Shown here one piece after another: positions 46,576-55,388 of a stretch of DNA of 64,000 nucleotides; within the stretch, counting starts at the first letter, position 1, and each line of letters opens with the position of its first letter. Location: NCBI GenBank assembly GCA_965219575.1, contig OZ244779.1, positions 1,356,769-1,420,768 of the forward strand. The letters are read 5' to 3'. The notes beneath the pieces are model-generated. The model had not been told where the DNA came from. It saw only the letters and a program-made list of their open reading frames with translations, and searched no databases. Origin of the DNA: Candidatus Oxydemutatoraceae bacterium (GTDB taxonomy: Bacteria > Pseudomonadota > Gammaproteobacteria > Poriferisulfidales > Oxydemutatoraceae). A program made the position numbers and the translations under genes.

Positions 46576-47550
46576 ATGATAAATCAGACTCCGGCTCACA
46601 GTATGAGGGCAGATATTAAAACTATGCTTAACCATCGGTCTGACCCGATACAAACATTTGCAGACTTTTTTTGTGGTATTGGTGGGTTCCATTTTGCCTC
46701 TGCCACCTTAAACTTAAGATGTGTTTATGCTTGTGATATTGATGATAAAGTCCGAGATACTTATGAAGTTAATTTCGGTATGAGACCGGAAGGTGATATA
46801 AACAGTATAAAATTGTCTAAAACACCTTCGTTTGATTTACTATGTGCGGGTCCGCCGTGCCAACCATTCAGCATTATCGGGAAGCGTCAAGGTATAGCGG
46901 ACTCTCGAGGTGGATTGTTTTTTAAGTTACTGAAGATTATAGAAGTTAAACGACCCAAAGCGGTAGTATTAGAGAATGTTCGGCAGTTACTAACCATTGA
47001 TAACGGAAGAATATTTCGATGTATCGTTAAAGAATTGAAACTTATCGGTTACTTTGTAGATTACCGGGTATTAAATGCACTTGATTTCGGTTTACCCCAA
47101 AAGCGCGAGCGAGTTTTGATAGTTGCAACGCGTAAACATTTCGATATTTTTCCTTGGCCGATGCGCAAAGTATCAATGAAACCACTGGCTAAGATATTAG
47201 AAAAAGATCCCGATATTCGTCATTTTGTATCGGATAGAATCAAGCAATCTAGACACTCGATACACAAATCACGATATAAACCCGGAATATGGCATGAAAA
47301 TAAAGGAGGCAATGTTAGCAGTCATCCGTTCTCCTGTGCGCTACGAGCCGGAGCTTCTCATAATTACTTACTCGTTGACGGTGAACGACGATTGACTCCG
47401 CGTGAGATGTTACGTTTACAAGGGTTTCCTGATAAATTCAGGATTATATGCACCGACAGTCAAATACGTAAACAGACAGGGAATGCAGTGCCGATTCCTC
47501 TTGCTCGTGCTGCAATAGAAGGGGTATTGGAAGTCTATGCCCAAACTTAA
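46576..47550 (+). CDS. C5-cytosine DNA methyltransferase (start may be 46624)
   Basis: Motif I FCGIGG, IV GPPCQPFS, VI ENV, VIII PQKRER, IX RLQGFPD, X GNAV. Confidence 0.93.
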   Translation: MINQTPAHSMRADIKTMLNHRSDPIQTFADFFCGIGGFHFASATLNLRCVYACDIDDKVRDTYEVNFGMRPEGDINSIKLSKTPSFDLLCAGPPCQPFSIIGKRQGIADSRGGLFFKLLKIIEVKRPKAVVLENVRQLLTIDNGRIFRCIVKELKLIGYFVDYRVLNALDFGLPQKRERVLIVATRKHFDIFPWPMRKVSMKPLAKILEKDPDIRHFVSDRIKQSRHSIHKSRYKPGIWHENKGGNVSSHPFSCALRAGASHNYLLVDGERRLTPREMLRLQGFPDKFRIICTDSQIRKQTGNAVPIPLARAAIEGVLEVYAQT

Positions 47551-48271
47551 GCTAAGAGGAAGTGTAAAGCGGCGAAGTAGTCCTTATCCGCTCGGTGAGA
47601 TACCTCGCAAGGTGGCTTTTACCATCGGTAGAAAGATTGTCCATCAATTAGCAATAGGTTACAAAAATTTAACAGGCGACGACTTCGGTAGAATATTCGC
47701 CGAAGCTATAAAAGGAGAGTATAAAAATAGCCCCTTAGGTGTGGTTGATGCAGTTAGGGACAAATGTGCATGGTCGGTTAAAACAGTACAACACAAAAAA
47801 CCTTTTGAAGCCGATTCCTTGCGACTGATATCGGGGCGTAATTCACCGGATTATTCACTTGGCATATCTGATCCGCGTAAAGATGTTAACTTGACGGGGC
47901 AGGCGATTCTTAAGATTTGGAATAACCGCTTAGATGAAGCATTGAACGAATACGATGATTTACGAATAATCGTATTAGTAAGGAATATGAACACTTGCGA
48001 GTTTGTTTTATTTGAATATGAAGCGCACCGCTATATACCCGATAATTACCGATGGATTGTGAATAGTAGAGGAAATTTTGAGGGCTACGATAGAAAGACC
48101 GAGATGCGACAATTCACTTGGCAACCACACGGTTCGCAATTTACGATATACTATAAAATTCCGATAACAATGCATAAGTTTAGGATAGCTGTAAAGATTC
48201 CGGTGATTGAAGCCGAACATATTTTGAAACTTATAGCGTACAAGGACGATTGGATCGAGTTTGAGATATGA
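47537..48271 (+). CDS. Putative type II restriction endonuclease
   Basis: Overlaps the MTase stop; PD-(D/E)xK-like VVD.......WSVK; AT-richer than the flanking genes. Called from context. Confidence 0.6.
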   Translation: MPKLKLRGSVKRRSSPYPLGEIPRKVAFTIGRKIVHQLAIGYKNLTGDDFGRIFAEAIKGEYKNSPLGVVDAVRDKCAWSVKTVQHKKPFEADSLRLISGRNSPDYSLGISDPRKDVNLTGQAILKIWNNRLDEALNEYDDLRIIVLVRNMNTCEFVLFEYEAHRYIPDNYRWIVNSRGNFEGYDRKTEMRQFTWQPHGSQFTIYYKIPITMHKFRIAVKIPVIEAEHILKLIAYKDDWIEFEI

Positions 48272-48918
48272 AGCTCTTTCTGCATAAATATCTTTTGTTT
48301 CTTTTACCGACACTATGCCTGTTATTCGGTGCGTGTTCACAACAGACTCTAAAACTGGAAGCCGATGTTGCCGATACTGCGGTGTCGGTTATGCAGGAGC
48401 GTATTGCAGGCTATACGCAATGGGATGTGCAGATGCGGATAGCAATGCGCCACGATAAATTGAGCTGGCGAGGGATTATGCAATGGACACAACGAGAAGA
48501 CCGGTTTGCCATGATTTTCAACGATATTCTAGGTCGGCGTTTGATGCTTATAGAAAGTCGACCGGACGGTAGTGTATCGGCGATAGATTCTAAGGGAAGG
48601 CAAACACAGGCATCCGATCCTTCGGTATTGCTTAAATCTATGTTGGGCACCGAAGTGTCGGTGGCGGACTTGCATTATTGGTTGTTGGGTGCACCCGCTC
48701 CCGATGAATCCTATTTTGACCCGGAGTTCGATGCGCAAGGTAGATTGCAATCTTATAAACAAGGTGAATGGATCATAAGCTATACCGATTATAGAGACGA
48801 CGACTGCCTGGATTGGTCGCCCGGTAGTTTAACGTTAAGCCGAGAGCAAACTCAACTGTGGTTACGCATACGCTCGTGGCAGACATCTCCGAGTGTCGTT
48901 AAAACTGCTACATGCTAA
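48268..48918 (+). CDS. lolB: Outer-membrane lipoprotein insertase LolB
   Basis: Lipobox FGAC, W.Q, L.YWLLG.P, Q.EW.I.Y; directly upstream of ispE. Confidence 0.8.
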   Translation: MKLFLHKYLLFLLPTLCLLFGACSQQTLKLEADVADTAVSVMQERIAGYTQWDVQMRIAMRHDKLSWRGIMQWTQREDRFAMIFNDILGRRLMLIESRPDGSVSAIDSKGRQTQASDPSVLLKSMLGTEVSVADLHYWLLGAPAPDESYFDPEFDAQGRLQSYKQGEWIISYTDYRDDDCLDWSPGSLTLSREQTQLWLRIRSWQTSPSVVKTATC

Positions 48919-48927
48919 ATAGCTTTT

Positions 48928-49752
48928 ATGAAATATCTAGCACCTGCCAAACTAAATCTTTTTCTACATATTACTAAACGTCGTCCCGACAACTACCACG
49001 AATTGCAGACTTTGTTTCAACTCATAGATTACTACGACGAACTTGATTTCAAAATACGCTCGGACGATGCAATTAATTTGCGTTGCAATGTGGATATTCC
49101 GCGCCAAGATAACTTAGTGTTTAAGGCCGCCGGGCTTTTGCAACAACACTGTGGCAAACCGCAAGGGATTGATATCTATCTGCATAAGCGGATTGCTATG
49201 GGAATGGGTCTGGGCGGTGGAAGTTCCGATGCCGCAACCACGCTCAAAGTATTGAATCGCTTATGGGATTGCCGTCTGAATGAAGCACAACTTATGGCTT
49301 ATGGTAAAGACTTGGGTGCCGATGTCCCGTTGTTTATTGCCGGTCGAAGCGCGTGGGGAGAGGGGATAGGTGAGGTTTTGCAGGCGGTCGATTTGCCACC
49401 TCGTTGGTATGCCGTATTTATTCCCTTTCAGCGTACTAATACCGGTGTGATGTTTGAATGTTCCGAATTAAAAAGAGATTGTGCCGAGGTTTCGATAGAA
49501 GACTACTTGGCGGGCCGTACTGCGAATGTGTTCGAGGCGGTTGTCAGAAACGAATACCCGCAGATTGCCGCCGATATGGACTGGCTGAATAGTCGTGGTG
49601 TTGCGCATTTAACTGGTTCGGGAGGTGCTTTTTTTGCATCTTGCGAAACCGAAGCACAAGCGAGGGAGTTGACTTATGATTGTCCTGCACACCTGCAATT
49701 TTTGATTGCCCGAGGCATCGACGAGTCACCTGTCAATCAATCAAATCATTAA
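48928..49752 (+). CDS. ispE: 4-diphosphocytidyl-2-C-methyl-D-erythritol kinase
   Basis: APAKLNLFLHI, YHELQTLF, GLGGGSSDAA, LGADVP, LTGSG. Confidence 0.95.
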   Translation: MKYLAPAKLNLFLHITKRRPDNYHELQTLFQLIDYYDELDFKIRSDDAINLRCNVDIPRQDNLVFKAAGLLQQHCGKPQGIDIYLHKRIAMGMGLGGGSSDAATTLKVLNRLWDCRLNEAQLMAYGKDLGADVPLFIAGRSAWGEGIGEVLQAVDLPPRWYAVFIPFQRTNTGVMFECSELKRDCAEVSIEDYLAGRTANVFEAVVRNEYPQIAADMDWLNSRGVAHLTGSGGAFFASCETEAQARELTYDCPAHLQFLIARGIDESPVNQSNH

Positions 49753-49794
49753 TTTATGTTAATATGCGTATCTCATTTGATGTTGATATGCGTT

Positions 49795-49869
49795 TGGGCC
49801 GTCGCCAAGTGGTAAGGCACCGGGTTTTGATCCCGGCATTCGCAGGTTCGAATCCTGCCGGCCCAGCCA
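49795..49869 (+). tRNA. tRNA-Gln(TTG)
   Basis: Cloverleaf with CCGGG-TT-TTG-AT-CCCGG, GGTTCGAATCC and CCA; usual ispE-tRNA-Gln-prs position. Confidence 0.97.
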
Positions 49870-49887
49870 TCATCGGTTATTGCTGAC

Positions 49888-50847
49888 ATGGAAAATAACA
49901 GACAAAAAATTGCATTATTTAGCGGCACTGCGAACCCCGAACTGGCAAAAAAAATAACCGCTCACTTGAAAATTGATTTGGGCAAAGCCATAGTCGATCG
50001 TTTCAGTGACGGCGAAGTGCATATAGAAATTCTTGAAAATGTTAGAGGTAAAGATGTCTTCATTATGCAGCCCATTTTTACGCCTGCCGAATATCTAATG
50101 GAACTGTTGATTATGACCGATGCTTTGCATCGTGCCTCTGCAAGGCGAATTACCGCAGTCATTCCTTACTTCGGCTATTGCCGCCAAGATCGTCGGGCGC
50201 GCTATGCCCGAGTTCCGATTTCGGCTAAAGTGGTTGCCAATATGATCGGCGGCGTACAAGCGAACCGCGTGCTCATCGTCGACTTGCACGCCGATCAAAT
50301 ACAAGGTTTCTTTAGTTTTCCGATTGACAATATCTACGCATCGCCGGTGTTATTGGACGATATCAATAAACATTATCGAGGCGATAAAATTATCGTGTCT
50401 CCCGATGTAGGAGGTGTCGTGCGAGCCCGTGCTTTGGCTAAACGGTTGGGTGATTCGGATCTTGCGATCATAGATAAGCGACGTCCCCGACCCAACGAAA
50501 ACAAAGTGATGAACGTAATCGGGACCGTGCGAGATAAATCTTGTATTCTCATAGACGATATCGTCGATACTGCAGGAACCTTATGCGAAGCAGCGAAAGC
50601 CTTAAAAGAAAACGGTGCCCTTAGAGTGAGTGCTTATGCAACCCATCCGGTGTTGTCGGGACCGGCGATTGAACGCATTCAGCATTCGGTGATAGACGAA
50701 GTCGTGGTCACGGACACGATTCCGCTTTCCGAAGCTGCCGAGCAATGTAACACGATTAGACAAATTAGCGTCTCGGCAATGCTGGCGGAGGCGATTATAA
50801 GCATTCACCAAGAGCAGTCTATTAGCAAATTATTCCCCGAAATTTGA
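49888..50847 (+). CDS. prs: Ribose-phosphate pyrophosphokinase
   Basis: [43 protein letters not shown]. Confidence 0.97.
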   Translation: MENNRQKIALFSGTANPELAKKITAHLKIDLGKAIVDRFSDGEVHIEILENVRGKDVFIMQPIFTPAEYLMELLIMTDALHRASARRITAVIPYFGYCRQDRRARYARVPISAKVVANMIGGVQANRVLIVDLHADQIQGFFSFPIDNIYASPVLLDDINKHYRGDKIIVSPDVGGVVRARALAKRLGDSDLAIIDKRRPRPNENKVMNVIGTVRDKSCILIDDIVDTAGTLCEAAKALKENGALRVSAYATHPVLSGPAIERIQHSVIDEVVVTDTIPLSEAAEQCNTIRQISVSAMLAEAIISIHQEQSISKLFPEI

Positions 50848-50989
50848 TTTTATCCGCCGTTCGTCGGATATTTGCTACCGTTCATTTTATATCGGTTTAC
50901 AAGCTGTATTTGCCGGTTAATATTGCAAATTCGTCCTTGCCGTAAGGCAAGTATTTATTTATAATCGTTAACCGAGTAGGAGATATATT

Positions 50990-51391
50990 ATGGTATACAA
51001 CTCACTTTTTCATAAAACACTAACGAAGATTCCCGGCACAACCAAGGAAGAGATTGGTTTGGCAATAGAGAGTCTTGTCTACATTATCGACACCGTAGTT
51101 AAGGATGCCGTCAAAGATATGGCGACCAAAGCCGACATCAAAGATATGGCAACCAAAGCCGATATCACAGATATGGCAACCAAAGCCGATATCAGAGATG
51201 TAGAGTTGAGAATGGCAACTAAAGCGGATATCAAGAATATGGCAACTAAAACCGATATCAAAGAAATAGAACTTAAGATGTCGCAAATGGAAACGCGCCT
51301 GGTACGAAAAATGTTCGGGATGGCTATTACAACGATACTTCTAAATGTTTCCATTATGAGTCTGATATTACATCTACTCTTACCCGGTTAA
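50990..51391 (+). CDS. Coiled-coil repeat protein (MATKADI x5) with C-terminal TM anchor (DUF1640/Bdr-like)
   Basis: AGGAG RBS; 27-bp repeats at 51119-51266; hydrophobic tail. Confidence 0.65.
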   Translation: MVYNSLFHKTLTKIPGTTKEEIGLAIESLVYIIDTVVKDAVKDMATKADIKDMATKADITDMATKADIRDVELRMATKADIKNMATKTDIKEIELKMSQMETRLVRKMFGMAITTILLNVSIMSLILHLLLPG

Positions 51392-51480
51392 AAGACCTAG
51401 ATTAAAACAACACCGGTTTTAATTTTCCGATCTATTTGCAGTGCGCTCATCGGCACGGCGGATGAAAACGAATAGGGGAA

Positions 51481-51936
51481 TTGTTTATGAATACAAAGAA
51501 GAATTATGGTTTCACACTAATAGAGATATTGGTTGCGGTCACGATTTTGGCGGTACTGGCGAGTGTGGCAATTTATAACATTAAGAGCGGAGATAAAATA
51601 TCGGAGGCGGAAGCGGTCGTATTGAGGCAAGCACTTATGAATTACATACCCGAACAGTTGAAGATTTATTATTTAAGAGACGACCGTACGGCATGGGACA
51701 ATAAAGTTACGCAAATTCAAAACGAGATGGCGGACTGGCCACATTTGCAAGGCTCGCTGCATACGGCAACCGTCTATAAAAACAACGGTATAAAATTAAA
51801 ATTCAAAACAAATTATCAAGATCGCAATCAGAACGAACAGCTACTCGATACATTGAAAAAATCTCCGGTAATCGAAGAAGCAACTATCGAAGGTTATCGT
51901 AAACAAAAATTTACGGTAAAATATAAACTCAACTGA
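51481..51936 (+). CDS. Type IV pilin-like protein
   Basis: Prepilin motif G|FTLIEILV followed by a hydrophobic helix; probable start ATG 51487. Confidence 0.8.
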   Translation: MFMNTKKNYGFTLIEILVAVTILAVLASVAIYNIKSGDKISEAEAVVLRQALMNYIPEQLKIYYLRDDRTAWDNKVTQIQNEMADWPHLQGSLHTATVYKNNGIKLKFKTNYQDRNQNEQLLDTLKKSPVIEEATIEGYRKQKFTVKYKLN

Positions 51937-51968
51937 TTATTACACTCTCGAACAATCGAAAATAAAAG

Positions 51969-52454
51969 ATGACTGTCAAAACCGCGGATTTATGCGATAC
52001 GCATTTGCAAGAACTGCAATATATACCGTTGTCGCTAAAGGATTACGGCGGTGTCACAGCTTTCTACGGTGAGATTGCAACCGTACGGTGTTTCGAAGAC
52101 AATTCATTCGTCAAAAAAACACTACAAGAAGCCGGGCGTGATAGAGTGTTGGTCGTAGACGGGGGTGGCTCGAAGCGTTGTGCGTTGTTGGGTGATTTAT
52201 TGGCACAACTGGCAATAGATAATCATTGGTGTGGTGTTGTAATCAATGGCTGCATCAGAGACAGCGATATCATTGCAACATTGAAGATAGGCGTTAAAGC
52301 ACTCGCAACCCATCCGTGCAAAAGTGAAAAAAAAGACAGAGGCACTTGCAATATAGAGCTAAACTTCGGTGGTGTGCGCTGCAAACCGGGGGATTGGCTT
52401 TATGCGGACAGCGACGGTGTCGTAGTCGGTCCCGAGGCTTTGCACGATTCATAA
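51969..52454 (+). CDS. rraA: RraA family protein (RraA/HMG aldolase-like)
   Basis: TADLCD, CFEDNS, VLVVDGGGS.RCALLGD, GCIRD, YADSDG. Confidence 0.88.
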   Translation: MTVKTADLCDTHLQELQYIPLSLKDYGGVTAFYGEIATVRCFEDNSFVKKTLQEAGRDRVLVVDGGGSKRCALLGDLLAQLAIDNHWCGVVINGCIRDSDIIATLKIGVKALATHPCKSEKKDRGTCNIELNFGGVRCKPGDWLYADSDGVVVGPEALHDS

Positions 52455-52503
52455 TCTACTTGACATAAAGGCGGCTTATCGTCACAATTTACACCTCCAC
52501 TGC

Positions 52504-52580
52504 GTCCCCATCGTCTAGTCGGCCTAGGACATCGCCCTTTCACGGCGGTAACAGGGGTTCGAATCCCCTTGGGGACGCCA
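52504..52580 (+). tRNA. tRNA-Glu(TTC)
   Basis: GTCCCCA...CGCC-CT-TTC-AC-GGCG, GGTTCGAATCC, CCA. Confidence 0.97.
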
Positions 52581-52596
52581 GTTATGAGGACGCCAA

Positions 52597-54027
52597 TTAT
52601 CGTTTACGCGGTTTGCCGGTATAAAGTTCGGTGACCGTGCCCAGTGCAAGTTCTGCAGTTTGTGATATTGTTTCCGCATAAGTGGGGTGGGGGTGTATGC
52701 TCAACGAGATATCGTAGAGATCGCTATCCATCTCGAGTGCCAAGGTTATTTCTGCAATCAGTTCGTCGGCACCTGCACCGCAAACGGCACCACCCAATAA
52801 TTTCTTGTTTTCGCTATGATAGATTAGCTTACTCAAACCGTCGCCCCGTTTCATGCCGAGTGCGCGTCCACTCGCTCGCCACGGAAATACTGCGCTTTGA
52901 TAATCTATTCCCGCTTTGCGCGCGGTTTTTTCGGTCATGCCGACCCATGCCAATTCGGGATCGCTGTAGATAACCCAAGGAACGGCTTTGTCGGTGAAGG
53001 AAACTCGCATCCCGGCGGCGTGTTCGGCTGCAATTTTACCTTGATGCGATGCTTTATGGGCGAGCATCGGATTGCCGATCACATCACCGACGGCATAAAT
53101 ATCGGCTACATTAGTGCGCATACATTCGTCAACTACGATATAACCGTTATCGTCGGTTAGCAAACCGATAACATCGAGCCCCAGCATGTCGCTGTTCGGT
53201 AATCGCCCGGTGCTGATTAAAACGGCATCGAAGCGGCGCGTGATAACGGTATCCGGTGTTTTAATTTCGGCAAGCAAGCGGTTTTTATCGTTTTCGATTT
53301 TGCTAATTCGGGCTTGCATGTAGATTGCATCACAAATGTCGGTCAATCGGCTTAGTAACGGTTTACCGATATCGGTATCGCACATCTCGAGTAATTGCGG
53401 TTGGAGTTCGACAATTTCAACCGCCGACCCGAGGCCTTGATAGATAAAAGCGTTTTCTATGCCGATGATACCGCCACCTACAATCAATAACCGCTTAGGA
53501 ACATGCTTTATGTTTAGGGCATCGCCCGAATACATAAGTTGTGTGCCATCTGTTATACTTTCTATACGACGGTTGCGGGAGCCGGTTGCAATAATCACTT
53601 TATCAAAGCCTATAGTTTTTGATGACTCGGCCAGCTTTAATTCGTGTTCGGAATGGAAGCAGGCCGTATCGTGTATTACTCGAATGTGTCGTTGTTCGGC
53701 AAGTTTGGCAAGCCCTTTGTTCAAACGAGCGATGACCGAATCCTTGAATTGCATCAATTCTTTTGGTTTGATTTCGGGACAACCAAAGACAATGCCTTGC
53801 TCTTTTAATCCTTGTGCGGCTCTAATCACGGCACTCGTATGGAGCAATGTTTTAGACGGGATACAACCGACATTCAAGCATACGCCACCCAATACCGGAT
53901 AACGCTCGATAAGCGTAACCTCAAAGCCCAAGTCGGCAGCTCTGAACGCTGCGCTGTAGCCGCCGGGTCCGCCGCCGATAACGACTAGATGTTCACTGCC
54001 CTGTTGTTTAGTAGAAGTTGCAGCCAT
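52597..54027 (-). CDS. lpdA: Dihydrolipoamide dehydrogenase (E3)
   Basis: GGGPGG, GGVCLNVGCIPSK, GGGIIG, MLAHKA, HPHPT..E. Confidence 0.95.
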   Translation of the reverse strand: MAATSTKQQGSEHLVVIGGGPGGYSAAFRAADLGFEVTLIERYPVLGGVCLNVGCIPSKTLLHTSAVIRAAQGLKEQGIVFGCPEIKPKELMQFKDSVIARLNKGLAKLAEQRHIRVIHDTACFHSEHELKLAESSKTIGFDKVIIATGSRNRRIESITDGTQLMYSGDALNIKHVPKRLLIVGGGIIGIENAFIYQGLGSAVEIVELQPQLLEMCDTDIGKPLLSRLTDICDAIYMQARISKIENDKNRLLAEIKTPDTVITRRFDAVLISTGRLPNSDMLGLDVIGLLTDDNGYIVVDECMRTNVADIYAVGDVIGNPMLAHKASHQGKIAAEHAAGMRVSFTDKAVPWVIYSDPELAWVGMTEKTARKAGIDYQSAVFPWRASGRALGMKRGDGLSKLIYHSENKKLLGGAVCGAGADELIAEITLALEMDSDLYDISLSIHPHPTYAETISQTAELALGTVTELYTGKPRKR

Positions 54028-54033
54028 TATCTC

Positions 54034-55299
54034 CTAATTGAAAATATCGGGTTTAGATAATAACGCTTTGTAATGATTAAGAAAATTAACTGCGGCAACA
54101 CCGTTATTCAAGCGATGGTCGTAGCATAGATGCAACGGTAGCATGGGTCTGGGCACGAATTGTTCGCCATCCCAGACCGGCGTGATGCGGGTACGGCTAA
54201 TACCCAGAATTGCCGCTTCGGGTGCGTTGATTATCGGTGTAAATGCACCACTGTCAAGACCGCCTAGATTGCTGATGGTGATGCAACCTCCGGACATATC
54301 GTCGGCACTCAATTTGCCTGCTTTGGCCCGTTCTGCAAGCTGTTTGAGTTCGCTGTTTATAGTTTTGATATCTTTTTGATCTACATCTCGTATCACCGGT
54401 ACGAATAAGCCATGCTCGGTATCAACCGCAAAGCCGATGTGATAATAATCTCTAAGCAACAGGGTTCTAGAGTTTTCCAAAGAAGCATTAAAGCGAGGAA
54501 ACTCTCTTAACGAGTGTGCCAATGCTTTGATTAGAAAAGGCAATAATGTGGTCTTGTTTGATTTTTTAGCTCCGTTAAAGTGTTGCTTGCGGTAGTCTTC
54601 CAATTCACTTATATCGACTTCGCCGTGTTGCCATACATGCGGGATGGTTTGCCATGTGCTTTGCAAATGCTCGGCGGTTGCGCGTTGTACTCTACCGATA
54701 TCTTCGCTCCGTGTATTGCCGAAACGTTTGTAGTCAACTCGTTTTGTTGCCGATGTGCTTTGCACCGCCGATGAAACCGCAGTGCGAAAGTATTGGGCAA
54801 CATCCGCTCTGGTAATCCGTTCTTTAGCACCGGTGCCGGCAACCGCCGAAAGCCTAACACCGAGCTCACGCGCAAAACGTCTCACCGAAGGGCTTGCACG
54901 CAGTGCCGTTGTATCTTTTGCAGCGGCATTATCATCGGTTTGTGGTTGTATAGTAGGCGCTTCTTTATCTACAGCTCGAGTTTGCGGTGCCACTCGGGTT
55001 GGTGTCGTGTCTTCGCTCAGTGTTGCAGATTCGGGTTCCCGAGTCTCGGCTTGCTTCGTGTCCGATACTGTTTCCAGTGTAACCAACAGGGTATCGGTTT
55101 TAACCGCCTCGCCTACTTTTACATGTATATCTCTAATCACTCCCGATTTGGGAGACGGGATTTCCATCGACGCTTTTTCACTTTCCAAAGTCACGATACT
55201 ATCGTCGGCATTTACGGTATCGCCGAGCGCAACCAATATCTCGCTGATTTCAACAAGATCGAAGTCGTCTACATTCGGTACGGTTATTTGTGATTCCAT
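54034..55299 (-). CDS. aceF: Dihydrolipoamide acetyltransferase (E2), single lipoyl domain
   Basis: LESEKASMEI, ASPSVRRFARELG, FTPIIN.PE, YDHR. Confidence 0.93.
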   Translation of the reverse strand: MESQITVPNVDDFDLVEISEILVALGDTVNADDSIVTLESEKASMEIPSPKSGVIRDIHVKVGEAVKTDTLLVTLETVSDTKQAETREPESATLSEDTTPTRVAPQTRAVDKEAPTIQPQTDDNAAAKDTTALRASPSVRRFARELGVRLSAVAGTGAKERITRADVAQYFRTAVSSAVQSTSATKRVDYKRFGNTRSEDIGRVQRATAEHLQSTWQTIPHVWQHGEVDISELEDYRKQHFNGAKKSNKTTLLPFLIKALAHSLREFPRFNASLENSRTLLLRDYYHIGFAVDTEHGLFVPVIRDVDQKDIKTINSELKQLAERAKAGKLSADDMSGGCITISNLGGLDSGAFTPIINAPEAAILGISRTRITPVWDGEQFVPRPMLPLHLCYDHRLNNGVAAVNFLNHYKALLSKPDIFN

Positions 55300-55388
55300 A
55301 GTAATATCCGTTATCGTTCGATTATCATCAATTATAACGCAGGCATTTATTAATTCTGAAGAACTTGGATTATGGTTGCCATCCGTCT

